A stretch of 64,000 nt of DNA from Bilabrum cf. latius (lineage: Eukaryota). Every line of letters starts with the position of its first letter. Position 1 is the first letter of the stretch. Location: positions 1,302,001-1,366,000 of the forward strand of contig OZ237737.1 in the NCBI GenBank assembly GCA_965178125.1, given 5' to 3'. The position numbers were made by a program, and so were the translations under genes. Shown one piece after another: positions 49,289 to 61,352 of this stretch. The notes below the pieces were generated by a model. It was not told the origin of the DNA. It did no database searches and worked only from the letters and a program-made list of their open reading frames with translations.

Positions 49289-52200
49289 ATGGATGCCTCG
49301 GCCAAAGGGCATGGCACATCAGACACTGCGAGAATGGGCTCAGAAGAAAACGAAAAAGCCAGGGCCGCACTGGATACGAGGCGCCGTGTGGTTTCAGTCG
49401 TCCGAATCTTGCCCTTGCATTGTGCACCCGTTTCGTTGTCGGAGCCAGGGGCTGCCAAGGCAATGAAAGGTGGATGCATGATGACTAGCCAGCCATTCAA
49501 TCGAGTTCGTCTGCTTGTTCCTTTTCAAGGCTCGGCCGCTGCGCCTCTTCGGTCGACGCACTAGTCGGTATTGAGCATCTCGCAGGAAGCAGTCGACTTG
49601 GGCCTTGTCGGAGCCGGCTCAGATGGAAAGCAAGCCGTCCACGGCATGCTAGACTAGCTGGTTCGATCGCACCGAGTGGATCGCGTGTTTGCAGAGTCTG
49701 CTCGGCAGGCAGAGGTACGAGATTTTGCGCATCGCTTTGTGCAGGCATCGTTGCTGGCACGAAGAAGTGCCACAGTGGTGGCTGCTGGAGCTACTGGCTG
49801 TGGAAAGACGTTCACTATGACCGGATCTTATGGTGACAGCGAGGGGGTAGTTCCATGCCTCCTACGATCGATTCTGAGAAGACCTGGTGGCGAGACAGAT
49901 CTCGGTGGAACCGCCAGTGTACGGAATCCGAGCTTGAGCGCCCCCAAACACGAAGCATTCGAAAGCATGGCTAGACATGATGCTGGTGTTGATGTGCAGA
50001 GAGTGGACGCGTCTTGGTTGGAGGTGCAGGGCGAAACGGTGCGCGACTTGCTCAAGGGCTGGGACTATCGCCATTCGGGAGCGGATGCGGATGCGGTGGC
50101 GGATGCGGGTGCGGGCCGGGGCGACAAGCCTAAAGATGGTGCCAGATTGAGCGCTAGGAACGCAAAAAAATCGTCATCGACCTTGCTTTCTGCTGCCCGA
50201 GCTCGCGGCAGCAGGGCAAGAACGGTCGTGTTGCAATCATGGGAGCAGGCGAAGGCGATGCTTGAGCACGCGGCTGGGGCTCGGAGCACGCGCCGCACTG
50301 CACTGCACCCTGAGAGCTCCCGGTCACACGCCGTTCTGCGGTTGCGGGTGCGCCTGCCATCCGCTGAGGCGGCGGGGCCCGCAGGCCAGGCGCCCGGCGC
50401 AGTCAGCACGGACTGCCTACAGCTGGTATTCGTGGATCTGGCGGGCAGCGAGTCTGCAAGGGTGCAGGAGGCAGCCAGGCGGGGCCTCGTCGTGCTCTCG
50501 CCATAGCAGGTACAGAGGAGAGAAGGGCGTTCTAGAGCCAGGGGCGGGAGTCCCGGGGAGGAGCTCCACGAACCATCGCCCGGGAATGGGCACGGGCTGC
50601 GCACGCCGCCTAGGCGCCGCCGAGCCAAGGCGTTGACTAGCAGCAGCAGCTCGGTCGCGTCTCCGGAATCGGCCCGGCGGCAGGAGGCGGAGAGGGCGGC
50701 CGAAGCTAGAGCGATCAACAAGAGCCTGGCTGCTCTCGGCACGGTCCTGCGAATGCTTGCAGCTGGGCCGACCAGCGGGAACCGGGGGTCTCGCGAGAGC
50801 AAGAGCAGCTCTCCTAGCATCCGAAGTGAAGGTGGATAGCATCCAATGGCTGGTGCAGACGGCCGAAATGGCAGCTCTGGGGCGAAATCGCGGGAACGTG
50901 CCGATGTTCAATAGAGCTCATCTGCCATCGTGCGGCAAGAATAGAGAATACCGGCATCTCAAGCATCGCAAGCCGCACTGCGAGCGTCCTTCCGCGCCTG
51001 CGCGCTCACGCGGGTATTGCAGGGGTCGCTGGCCAGCCCTGGCAGCCGTGTGCTCGTCATTGGATGCGTGTCTCCGTCATTTGATGCCCAGCGAGAGTCC
51101 TTAGCGACTCTCCAGTTCGTGTCTGCCGCAGCAAGGATGCGTTCGATCCAGGGACTCCCACCTGGCGTCGGGCGGCAGGACGTCAGCGAGAGGGTGATGC
51201 CCTCACCACCCAGACGAGATAGCAGACAACCGCCGAAAAAGTCTCCATAGCGCCCAGCAAGAGAGGCAATTAGACCGGAAAACGAGGACTTAGACAGTGA
51301 GACAAAGAGAGCGAGTACCCCCAGAACCCACGACGTGGAGGCTGCCTCGGAATGTCCGGCATTCTCTGCTGAGACGCAGTCAGGCAGCGATGCGCAGCCC
51401 CCGAATCGCGTAGTGCCTGTTGATGCAGTTTCTGTTCGGTCGTTAGGAAGTATTGCATGCGCAATTGAGGCTACTGCAGTTGCTTAGGCGTTTGTTGCAC
51501 CATCATCAAGTCAGGTCGCTGCTGCGCAGGTAGCGGCAGCTGCGCGACTTGGGGCACCTCGCGCCAGTGACCGAAGCGAGACTGAAACGAGTCCGCAGGA
51601 TAGGGACTCGAGCGTGCGAGAAGAGCTTGAGGGCGTGAAATCGTCCATGCAGCACATGCAGCATACGCTAGACGACGTGCGGAAAGCAGTGGCACAGATT
51701 CGGGCGAATCAGGTGGTTCGGTAGCAGAGGCGAGAGCTGCTTTCGCGGCCCGGCGGGGTGGCACATCAGAACGAGAAAAAATCGTTCGGATTGTACCAGT
51801 CGGAAGGCCGCTATTCCGCTGGCTGGACGCTTGGGCCGACGTCTCTGCCCTCTGCTCAGCATCAAGCAATCCTGCCCATGAGCCACACCGGAAGGCGTGG
51901 GTTCAAGGTTGCCTCTAATTCTACGATGCGGTCACCCACGTCTTCCAAAGCGTTGCGCTCTATTGCCGAAGAACTGCCCGTAGATCGCAGAGGCGGGCGG
52001 AACCTTCACAGGGTCAAGGTCAAGCACAGCGAAAGCGGAGCTGCCAGACAAACAGCCTCGCAGTCAATGTCAACGTCGTCCTCATCTAGCGACGATGACC
52101 TCAGCGACTAGAATGGGAGGGATCTTGGTGCTTCTACTATAGATCGCGCGGGAAGGAAGTCTAGAAACGGACGGGGGTCTCCCGTGTCTGTCAAGTCGAG

Positions 52201-52951
52201 TGGATCGTAGCGTGTGCATGCAGCCAACAGACCTGCCAAGACATCTGGTTCCTACGCGGATGCTACCTCCAACGAAATGCTGATTGCAGACGTTGTCAGC
52301 ACTGAAAAGCATCTTATTAAGACGGCAGAGAGACTCTGGGGGCGGCGCACAGCTGAAGAGGATGGCATGACCGAGGGCTCCGCAGACAGCGGCACTCGGC
52401 GTACCGGGGGAGACGCATCGTCTGAACTTGCTGGCATTCTATTGGCTAGCGAAAGCGAAAGTTCTAAGAGTCAAGAAGGCGACCGCCGCATAGATGCGGC
52501 GAGGACACTGTCTCACACGCCCCTTGTGGAGGACAGAAGCCCGCCGCTGCGCACCCGAACTCTTCTTGCAAGGAGTATGCGATCCACGCCTGGATCATCA
52601 CCGGGTGTCACGACCATCACAGGCTCTCGTTTGGACCCTTCATCCAGTCCACTGGGGACAAACGGGGACGTGCAAGCCTCAGCGATTCTCAAGCCAACAG
52701 CCGAGGTCGGACACCTTCGCCTTGAAAATAGGGGTTTGCGCGTGAAGTACTCTCGAGCAGTCAGAGCATTGAAGCTGGTACTGCAGAGGACTCCCCCTCC
52801 AGCTGCACAGAGAATCATTGATGAGCTGAAGTAGGATGTTGTGGGGCGGCCCGCCCCTGTACCGTTGGGGGAAGGCCATTCCACCAGCGATGTGCGTATT
52901 GGCGAAGGTGGGAGTGTTGCGTCACTGCTTATTGCGCTGGCTGGCAACTGA
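49289..52951 (+). CDS. Kinesin motor protein with N-terminal motor
   Basis: VVSVVRILP, DRVF, GATGCGKTFTM, HPESSRSHAV, FVDLAGSE, INKSLAALG, FRACALTRVLQGSL, CVSP...ESLATLQF; one frame with about 12 TAGs; ends TGA. Confidence 0.87.
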
Positions 52952-53190
52952 ATCCAAACAACTTGATTTTTCGAATGTCATGCACAAGTGGTCTTCGTGA
53001 ACTGCAACTGCATCGAAATAGTCGTGTATACAAGGGACATAGCATACCGTATTCTGGCAAGCGGTCTGAACTGACCAGTCTTCCTCGGACCGCGAGACTG
53101 ATGGTAATAGACTACCTTTCTAGGAACACATCTGATATACAGTCTAGATTCAAGTAGTTTCAGCGCATGCTTGCCAAGCTCCTGGATGCA

Positions 53191-56100
53191 TCAGCCGACC
53201 GACCCCTTGGTCTCCAAGAGGTCCAGGACGCGATCCAGCTTTGACTCGAGGCGATCCATCCTCTCCTCCAGCTTGCTCCTGCCTCGCCTCGCGCGCTCTG
53301 CCCCGCGCTCCGCCTCCACACGAGCCGCGTGCGCCGCACGGGCAAACATCGCGGCCTGCTCCGCGCGCACCACACGCACCAGCTGCTGCATCTCGTACGA
53401 CTGCTTGCCCAGCTGCGCGCTCAGCATCAGCACATCCTTCAGCTCCACGCTGCGCCCGATCTCCAGCAGCAGCCCAGTCACAAACTCGTACGGCAGGTCC
53501 CTGTCGGTGCGGTAGTTGCGGGCAGCCATCATGGACTGCAGCACTTTGACGGAGAGGGCCTGCATGTCGTTCGCGTGCAAGGGGTGCTGCAGGAGAACCC
53601 TGGGCATGTAGTCCATGCGGAGGGCCTTGATGCGGCGGCGACGCTCCTCACGGATCATCTCTTCATTCTACTGCTCCCGCCCGATCATTGACAGCGACAC
53701 TCCAATGCTGTCAGTGTCGGCAGATTGCTTGCTGTCCGAGCTATCCTTACCTGCCAAGTTGGGCTCATGCCCGGACCCAGCAGCTGGCGCACTCCTCGTC
53801 GACTGATGAACTGCGATGGCCTCTACGGCAGTGGGCTGACCATCCGATCCTGTAGGTCTGAACATGGCACGCATTGCTGGATCGATGTTGGGCTGCGGGT
53901 TTATTGGTATAGGCCGGAATCCTTCCAATGGTGCGCTGACACTGCTGGTTGGTGGCCCATGGTCGGGTCGCACACTATCTGCTGCAGGAGGCTTGGCTTG
54001 ATTGGCTGCTGAGGCAGAGGTTGAACTTGCATCCGATGCCGCTAGCCTGCTAGCTGACGCTTCGAGCTTCTGTGGCGATGCGAGCCCGTCGCTGCGTACT
54101 GCTGGCAGTGCTTCATCAACTTCTCCAGAATCGGAGTTCACGAGCCGAATGGCCCGCTCCACGTCCTGCACCTGCGCCGCGAAGCCCTCGTACCGAGCCA
54201 GCACCTGCTCCTCCTCCATGTCGTCCACCACATTGAACAGCTTGCGGTCCATCTGGGATAGCACGGATCCCAGCACTCTCCTGTCTGAGTTCTCGATGAG
54301 ATAGGATATGTCAAGCAGCACGTCCTCGCTGACGTGCAGAAGGCGGAAGAGTTCCGCCATGTTGGACTGCTTTGCATCCGCATTCTATGGCGTCTCCTTC
54401 AATTCTTCCTTCTTTTCCGGAGCAGGCTTTGGTTTCAAACTTGGCGCAGCAAGCTTGCCCAACAAGCTCTGCCGGGGGGCCGCGCTGCGAGTCCTGTCGT
54501 GCTATTTAGCAGGAACTAGCCCACCGAGTGTTGGCTGCTGGCCATAACTACTACTTGATTGCTGTACCGCAACAGAACCTTTCTGCGTTGGCTCTAACGG
54601 TCTGGAATCTGCGTCGGCCGACGCCGCAGCCGGTGCATGGACGCGCTGCACGCGGCCATCGCTCATCAAATCGCTGTCACAAACGATGTCCTCTAGTCCA
54701 ATACCATCATCTGATGGAGCACCCAATTTCATGAGTGGGTCCAACAGTGTGCAGTGGCCGCTGTCCAGCTTCTCCCGGGCCTGCAAGTTGTTCTCCGCGG
54801 CCTTGGCAAACGCTGCTGCGTCAGCTGAATGCCCGTCATCGTCCTCGTCGTACTGTTTGACGACGTATGCATGGACTGCTCGACGTAGCTCTTCGCTCGA
54901 GATCCCGTTCGAGTCATCGTCATCGATGTCTTTGAAAGTCTAGATGATCTGGGTGCGGCGCTTCCGACGGCTCTCCAGTCCTTCCAGCTCGCGGCGTTGC
55001 CTGTTGGCTCGCGAAGTTTCCATCAGCTTGTCCGAAAAAAGCCTGCGAATACAAAGAAGCAGTGTATTTCACTATCACTCTCAAGCTTGGTAGCTCTATC
55101 GCGCGGTGAGGAGGACAAACTGTCACGGCCTGTGCCAACGATTGCAGTTGCGGCGGACTCACCCGATCACAAGGTTCAAGATACCGAAGGCTGCGAAAAA
55201 GTCAGGGAACGTGTGGATGGACTGGAAGTTTATTTCATCCCACATGGTGCACTTGTTCTGCGATAGGACAGACCCTCCGACCCGCTGCACAACGAAGCCG
55301 TCCTCACCGGTAAGAAGAACGTATGACACGAAGAGCGACACCGTCCACCCCTGCACCTCCCAGATCGGACGCGCCAAAGCCATAGACCAAGACTCCAGCG
55401 ACATGATCTAGAACAGCGAGTACATCGACCGAGGCACCGTGCCGTAGAAGGCCCGCACATCCTCCTCCTCCGGCCGCCCGATCCACACCTCTGCCTTTCC
55501 AACCGCCTCGGTGAAGATGAGGGCATACACGTAGATGAGCACGAGCAGGAGCATGGACGCCCAGAACAGACCGGAGAGGGAGGCAATCTGCGAAATAGTT
55601 GCATGAATGGGTTGGACCAGTTATAATGAGGCAGTCGTCGGCGAAGGCCTGCCTCGGGCTGGGCGCACCTCGAGGCACAGCATGCTCCGGCGGAGCGCAG
55701 GACAAGGCAGTTTGGCGCTGCCGAGCTCACGAATCCCATCAGCAGGTTGTTCAGCTCGTGAAAGAACTGCGAGGTACGAGAAAGGCATTCAATTTCAGGT
55801 GGAAACCGGGCAGTTGCGTGAGCAGGCCTGGGCTGCTTCACCGCGAAGCTATGCAGTACACTGTGGCATGATGTTGCTGCGGCTCCTCGGTCACACTTAC
55901 CTGTAGTGTCCGCCCCACGCGACCCACGCGCAGCAGCCGATTTGCCAAGAACACGCGCGGGATCGCCCCACCTGCTGATTCAAGGGTCGTACTCACGATC
56001 AGCCCGACCGCTGATACGAAGGCAATGAAGAAGTCGAAGACGTCCCACCCGGAGCTGAAGTACACTGACGGCGTCAGGGCCACGATCTTCACAATGGCCT

Positions 56101-56652
56101 CCAGCACGAAGAACCAAGTGAAAAGGTGCTCCAGGGCGCTGAAAGTTGTCTGCAGGTCGGGCCTGTCTCCGTAATCCACGCTGAACCCGATTGTGATGCA
56201 GCTGGAGATTATGCAAATGATGACTAGTCTGCGATGCTCTAATCACTGTAGTCACAAAACCAAGGCATACACTCGAAGCGCGAAACAAAACATTTAATTA
56301 AGTTTTCCATCTTACACGTTAAATCCGCGGCTGTGAACCAGGTTTTCCCAAATACTCTTTCTCTTGGAATTGTACAGCGGGTCGTGAGACTCCATCAGCC
56401 TGCGATCAGAACGAGCGTGCATGCAAGCGAGAGAAAGCATAATGTTACAGTCAGCAGCACACTGTTTCATGCCGATCAAACCAAAAGTTACTCACCAGTC
56501 GATGCAAGTGAAATCCAGTCTCTGACTTTCGCTCCACAAGCCAGTACCCTATAGATTGGAACCATCCCCAGCCGCATGCCGGACCGGCGCTTGTTTTGGT
56601 ATTGAAACCGAATGGTGGCTCTGATGCTGGCTTTGTCGGCTTCCAGTGACAT
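53191..56652 (-). CDS. Single-domain voltage-gated Na+/Ca2+ channel, BacNav/EukCat-like, copy A (multi-exon)
   Basis: YFSSGWDVFDF (S3), PRVFLANRLLRVGRVGR (S4), YGTVPRSMYSLF*IMSLESWSMALARP (pore), FGILNLVIG (S6), EF loop DDDDSNGISSEE, coiled-coil end, TGA. Start codon and some exon borders are uncertain. Confidence 0.8.
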
Positions 56653-56811
56653 GTGCGTGGGCCCGTGAAATGTTGTGCATCACACACCTTTGCGATCAAC
56701 TTGAAGCGTTTGCAACGGGGTGCTCAACGAGGTGTTCCACGCAAAGGGTCTTTATACTTATAGGACACAAAAGTGTAACACCAGAACCCCTGACAGGCCA
56801 AAAAGATGGAT

Positions 56812-59800
56812 TCAGGTGGACTCGCTTGAGTCGCCCGAAGAAGCATGCGGAACCTCAGGCTCGCCGGATTCCGGTTTGTCTGACGCGGCTCCGCTCTACA
56901 AGAGTGCAAGGAGCTAGTCCAACTTGCCCTCCATGGAACCCAAGCGGTTTTCCATCCGATCCATCCTCTCCTCCAGCTTGCTCCTGCCTCGCCTCGTGCG
57001 CTCTGCCCCGCGCTCTGCCTCTACACGAGCCGCGTGCGCCGCACGGGCAAACATCGCGGCCTGCTCCGCGCGCACCACACGCACCAGCTGCTGCATCTCG
57101 TACGACTGCTTGCCCAGCTGCGCACTCAGCATCAGCACATCCTTCAGCTCCACGCTGCGCCCGATCTCCATCAGCAGCCCAGTCACAAACTCGTACGGCA
57201 GGTCCCTGTCGGTGCGGTAGTTGCGGGCAGCCATCATGGACTGGAGCACTTTGACGGAGAGGGCCTGCATGTCGTTGGCGTGCAAGGGGTGCTGCAGGAG
57301 AACCCTGGGCATGTAGTCCATGCGGAGGGCCTTGATGCGGCGGCGACGTTCCTTGGTATCCACCTGCTGCTTGTCCTCCTCCTCTTTGCCGCCCTCTTCT
57401 TCTGCACCCTTGGTCTACTTGTCTTCGTCGCCTCCAGCTGCCTTCACGATCGGATCCAGTGCGTTGCTACTGCTGGCAACCGGGCCGCTGGACCCGGTGC
57501 TGTTGTTCCGAATGAGACCAGGCTGATTGAGTCTGTGTGCAGCGACGGATGCGCGCCTACCGTGCCCGATGTGATGGATATTCGTATTGCGATCGGCTTG
57601 AGCGGCCTCTACCAGCAGGCTTGACGCCTGAGTATCATCGCCTGTTCGACGCAGTTGGTGCTGCAGGGCTTCGGGAATAGCCGCTGCAGGAATGACCGGA
57701 ATGGGAGCTGCTGCCAGCATTCTGCCCTCGCGCCGGCTCGCCCCGCGCGATCCACTTCGGCCATCGGTTGCACCACCAGGTGTACTCGGAAACGAGAAGA
57801 CATTGCCAGTGCCCGCTTCAGCAGAAGAGCTAGAGCCATGACCTTCCTGGTTCCGTGGCTAAGAGCCTTTTGGCGTGAATGGGACGCGGGACTGCGTCTC
57901 TGCGGCCCGACCGGCTCGTGCGGGGGGGCGCGGGAGACCACGTCCAGGCGAGCCACGCACAGTGCTACCGTCAGTGCGAGCAGGTGGTTGGGGCGCATCC
58001 ACGCTGCCGGAACCTGGTGCATAATTCACGAGCCGAATGGCCCGCTCCACGTCCTGCACCTGCGCCGCGAAGCCCTCGTACCGAGCCAGCACCTGCTCCT
58101 CCTCCATGTCGTCCACCACATTGAACAGCTTGCGGTCCATCTGGGACAGCACAGATCCCAGCACCCTCCTGTCTGAGTTCTCGATGAGATAGGATATGTC
58201 AAGCAGCACGTCCTCGCTGACGTGCAGAAGGCGGAAGAGCTCGCCCATGTTGTCATAGCGTCGCTCCAATTCTTCTTCGCTCACTTCGTCTCCCACGATC
58301 GATGATCGGTGTCTGCGAAGGCTCTTCCTCACCGCTGATTTATCTTCCTCCGTGGAACTATGGCCAGCTGCAGAAGCCCCACTGGATGATCTTGGTTTGA
58401 CCATCCCGCGTAAGCGACCCTTGCCCTTCTGCTAGGAAGGAAACTCTCCGCGGCCCTCAGCACCCCCGAGCTGCTATTCCTAAATGCTGGATGTCCCAGC
58501 AGTAGGCACCACAGCGAGCTCAACCTCTGGCTGCACACTTGTAGCTGCAGACACAGATGCAAGAGCGCTAGATTGTACCTCTTGCTAGCCAGTCGACAGC
58601 GCAAGATGTGCCTGACTGCGACTGCTCGCGGGAACTGCCCCGCCATCGTCAGGTATCGCGGGTGGAGCCACATAGCGTGTGCCCGCCGCCGCAGGCTCCT
58701 CACCGATGGGCGATAGCTGGCCTGCATCCAGTGGCTCCTCCTATTTGGAATTCTGCTGTCTTCGCGACTGAAAATGTCGAGTGGGGGGGGGCTGCGTGAC
58801 TACCTGCTGGTGCCTGCGGTGGTCCTTGAAGCTGCTGTCCGAGTCAGAGGAGTCTGAGTCGATGTTCCCCTCAATCATGTCCTCTAGTCCAACCCCATCG
58901 TCTTCAGGCATGCCCACTTTCATCAGCGGGTCGACAATCTCGCAGTGCTCCTTGTCAAGCTTTTCCCTGCTAAACATGTTCGATTCAGCTGCCTTCGCGA
59001 ACGCCGCAGCATCTGCCGCGTGCTCGTTCTCGTCCCCGTCGTACTGTTGCTAGACGTAAATATGAACAGCACGCCGGAGTTCGTCACTTGATATCCCATT
59101 GGACCCGTCCGTGTCCATCCCTTGAAAGCTCTGAATGATCTGCGTCCTGTGACGCTTGCGTGATTCAATGCTCTCCTGTTCGCGTTTTTGCCTGGTGGAC
59201 CTGGACGACTCCATCAGCTTGTCGGAGAACAGACTGCGTACGTGATCAGGTCAGCGGATAGGTAGGACAGATACGTGAAAGGGCGCCTGAGCAGAGCCCC
59301 ATGAACGGCATGTGCCACAGCTTGCCTCACCCGATGACCAGATTCAGGATACCAAAGGCTGCGAGCCACGTCGTGAGGTTGAAAGTGATGATGCAGAGAC
59401 AGATAGAACCGGAAGCAAACACAATAACTCGGTTGGGGGTGACTGCTTATTGAACTTACCACTGAGAAGAACGTACGACACGAACAGCGACACCGTCCAC
59501 CCCTGCACCTCCCAGATCGGACGCGCCAAAGCCATCGACCAAGACTCCAGCGACATGATCTGGAACAGCGAGTACATCGACCGAGGCACCGTGCCGTAGA
59601 AGGCCCGCACATCCTCCTCCTCCGGCCGCCCGATCCACACCTCTGCCTTTCCAACCGCCTCGGTGAAGATGAGGGCATACACGTAGATGAGCACGAGCAG
59701 CAGGACGAAGGCCCAGAACAGACCGGAGAGGGAGGCGAGCTGCGGGAGCAAGCATCAAGCAAGAACGACAGCAACAAGAAAATGATCTAAAAGACACTTC

Positions 59801-60914
59801 AAGGATTCTGTGTGTGACAAGCAATGCCAAGGGCTCCGCTAGTTCCGCGATGTAGACCGCCAACTCACCAGCCCGAGAAGCAGGTTGTTGAGCTCGCTGA
59901 AAAACTGCGAACGAGCTTGAGAAAAGCGATGGAATGCAGGGGTACAGTGCAATCTAGGGTCACATCGAGAAGGTACCGCCCACCAGATCGCGCGCGGTGC
60001 AGCTTACACCGCGCGATGTCTAGTCAACAAGTTGGGCTCGCCAGCCACACGGTGCAAACACGCGAAGAGCCGTGACCTCACCTGGAACGTCCTGGCAACC
60101 CTGCCGATCCTTAGGAGTCGGAACACTCGAAGCACTCGAGGTATGGCCCCCTCATCTGCGCCCGACGCCATGTTGATCACGATTCCAATCGCTGAGATGG
60201 ACGCGACCACGAAGTCGAACACGTCCCACCCGGAGCTGAAGTAAACCGACGGCGACAGAGCTGCGATCTTCATGATCGCCTCCAGCACGAAGATCCAAGT
60301 GAAGAAGTGCTCCAGTACATCGAATGCGACCTACGTTTCGGGGTAGTCACCGTAATCAATGTTGATGCCGATCATCGCACAGCTAGCAAGAATCAAGATC
60401 ACCAGGCACCTGCGATATAAAGGCGACCATACAGACCTCGCACGCCATAACAGAAGGGAAATTACACAGCTTCCATGATAAACAGCTTGCGGAGACACTA
60501 TTTAGGGTCCATGCGCTGGCCAAACCACCGCAGGCAACCAGAGATGAATAGAAACGCCATCCTACTTACACGTTAAATATTCTGCTATGGATAAGCTTGA
60601 ACCAAAATCCTGCTGTATCATCATCAGCAGTCGGGTCGTGGGATTCCATCAACCTGCAAATGCCGTAGATTGGCCTCAGCAGCGCCAGGAGCAGTAGACT
60701 GGAAACGAGTAAACTGGCCCGCACAATAACGAAATTTGACCTCACCAATCCAAAACAGTGAACTCCGTTTGTTCAATTGCGCTCCAGATGCCCCCAGATT
60801 GGACAAACGACGAGGTTTTTCGCACTGTACCGCTGGTGGCTTTGAATGGGCCTGATCCTCTTGATTTTTTCTTTTGGTTACTCGAGGAGCTACCTTTATT
60901 GGCATAGTGCGCAT
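56812..60914 (-). CDS. Single-domain voltage-gated Na+/Ca2+ channel, copy B (multi-exon tandem paralogue)
   Basis: PRVLRVFRLLRIGRVAR (S4), SLFQIMSLESWSM (pore), EF loop DTDGSNGISSDE. Frame continues through TAGs (60331, 59050, 58741, 57859, 57415, 56914, 56896) to TGA at 56812. Start uncertain. Confidence 0.8.
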
Positions 60915-61352
60915 GCGACGCGGCAACAGCGTGCATTGCGGGCAAGAATGAGAACCGGGTGTACGAGTCCTGTGGTGCAGCTGGAAGCTGCGGCTGCGTG
61001 TCACGTGGCTTATGCTCCAAAAGCGTCTTCGGTGTTCGCTTACAGCGAAACACACAGCAGTCACGGATTCGGCTGCTGCTTGGGCAACAACCTGGACACG
61101 TGAAGCTTCTAGGACAGAACTGCTAAGTTAGCCCTGGAGCCGTTGTGGAACTGCTCGCAACAATCCACCCATCGAATCCGATATAAATCCAAGAAAGCTC
61201 GTCTGCTAACAAAGAGACTCTCGGCAAGACTGGACATGTAGTCTTAAGTTAGGTTTGTCTCTAATGGTAGACCGAGCAAGGCGCTGGTTTGCGACCAGGT
61301 TTGCGTGAGGTGGCTATGATCTCCCCTTGCTGTACGTGTTGCAGTTTACCTA

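Noticed and set aside
53191-60914. One two-domain (TPC-like) channel, or bacterial contamination
   Set aside because: Each copy has its own in-frame TGA and full C-terminal tail, and both contain GT-AG introns and in-frame TAGs like the neighbouring genes.
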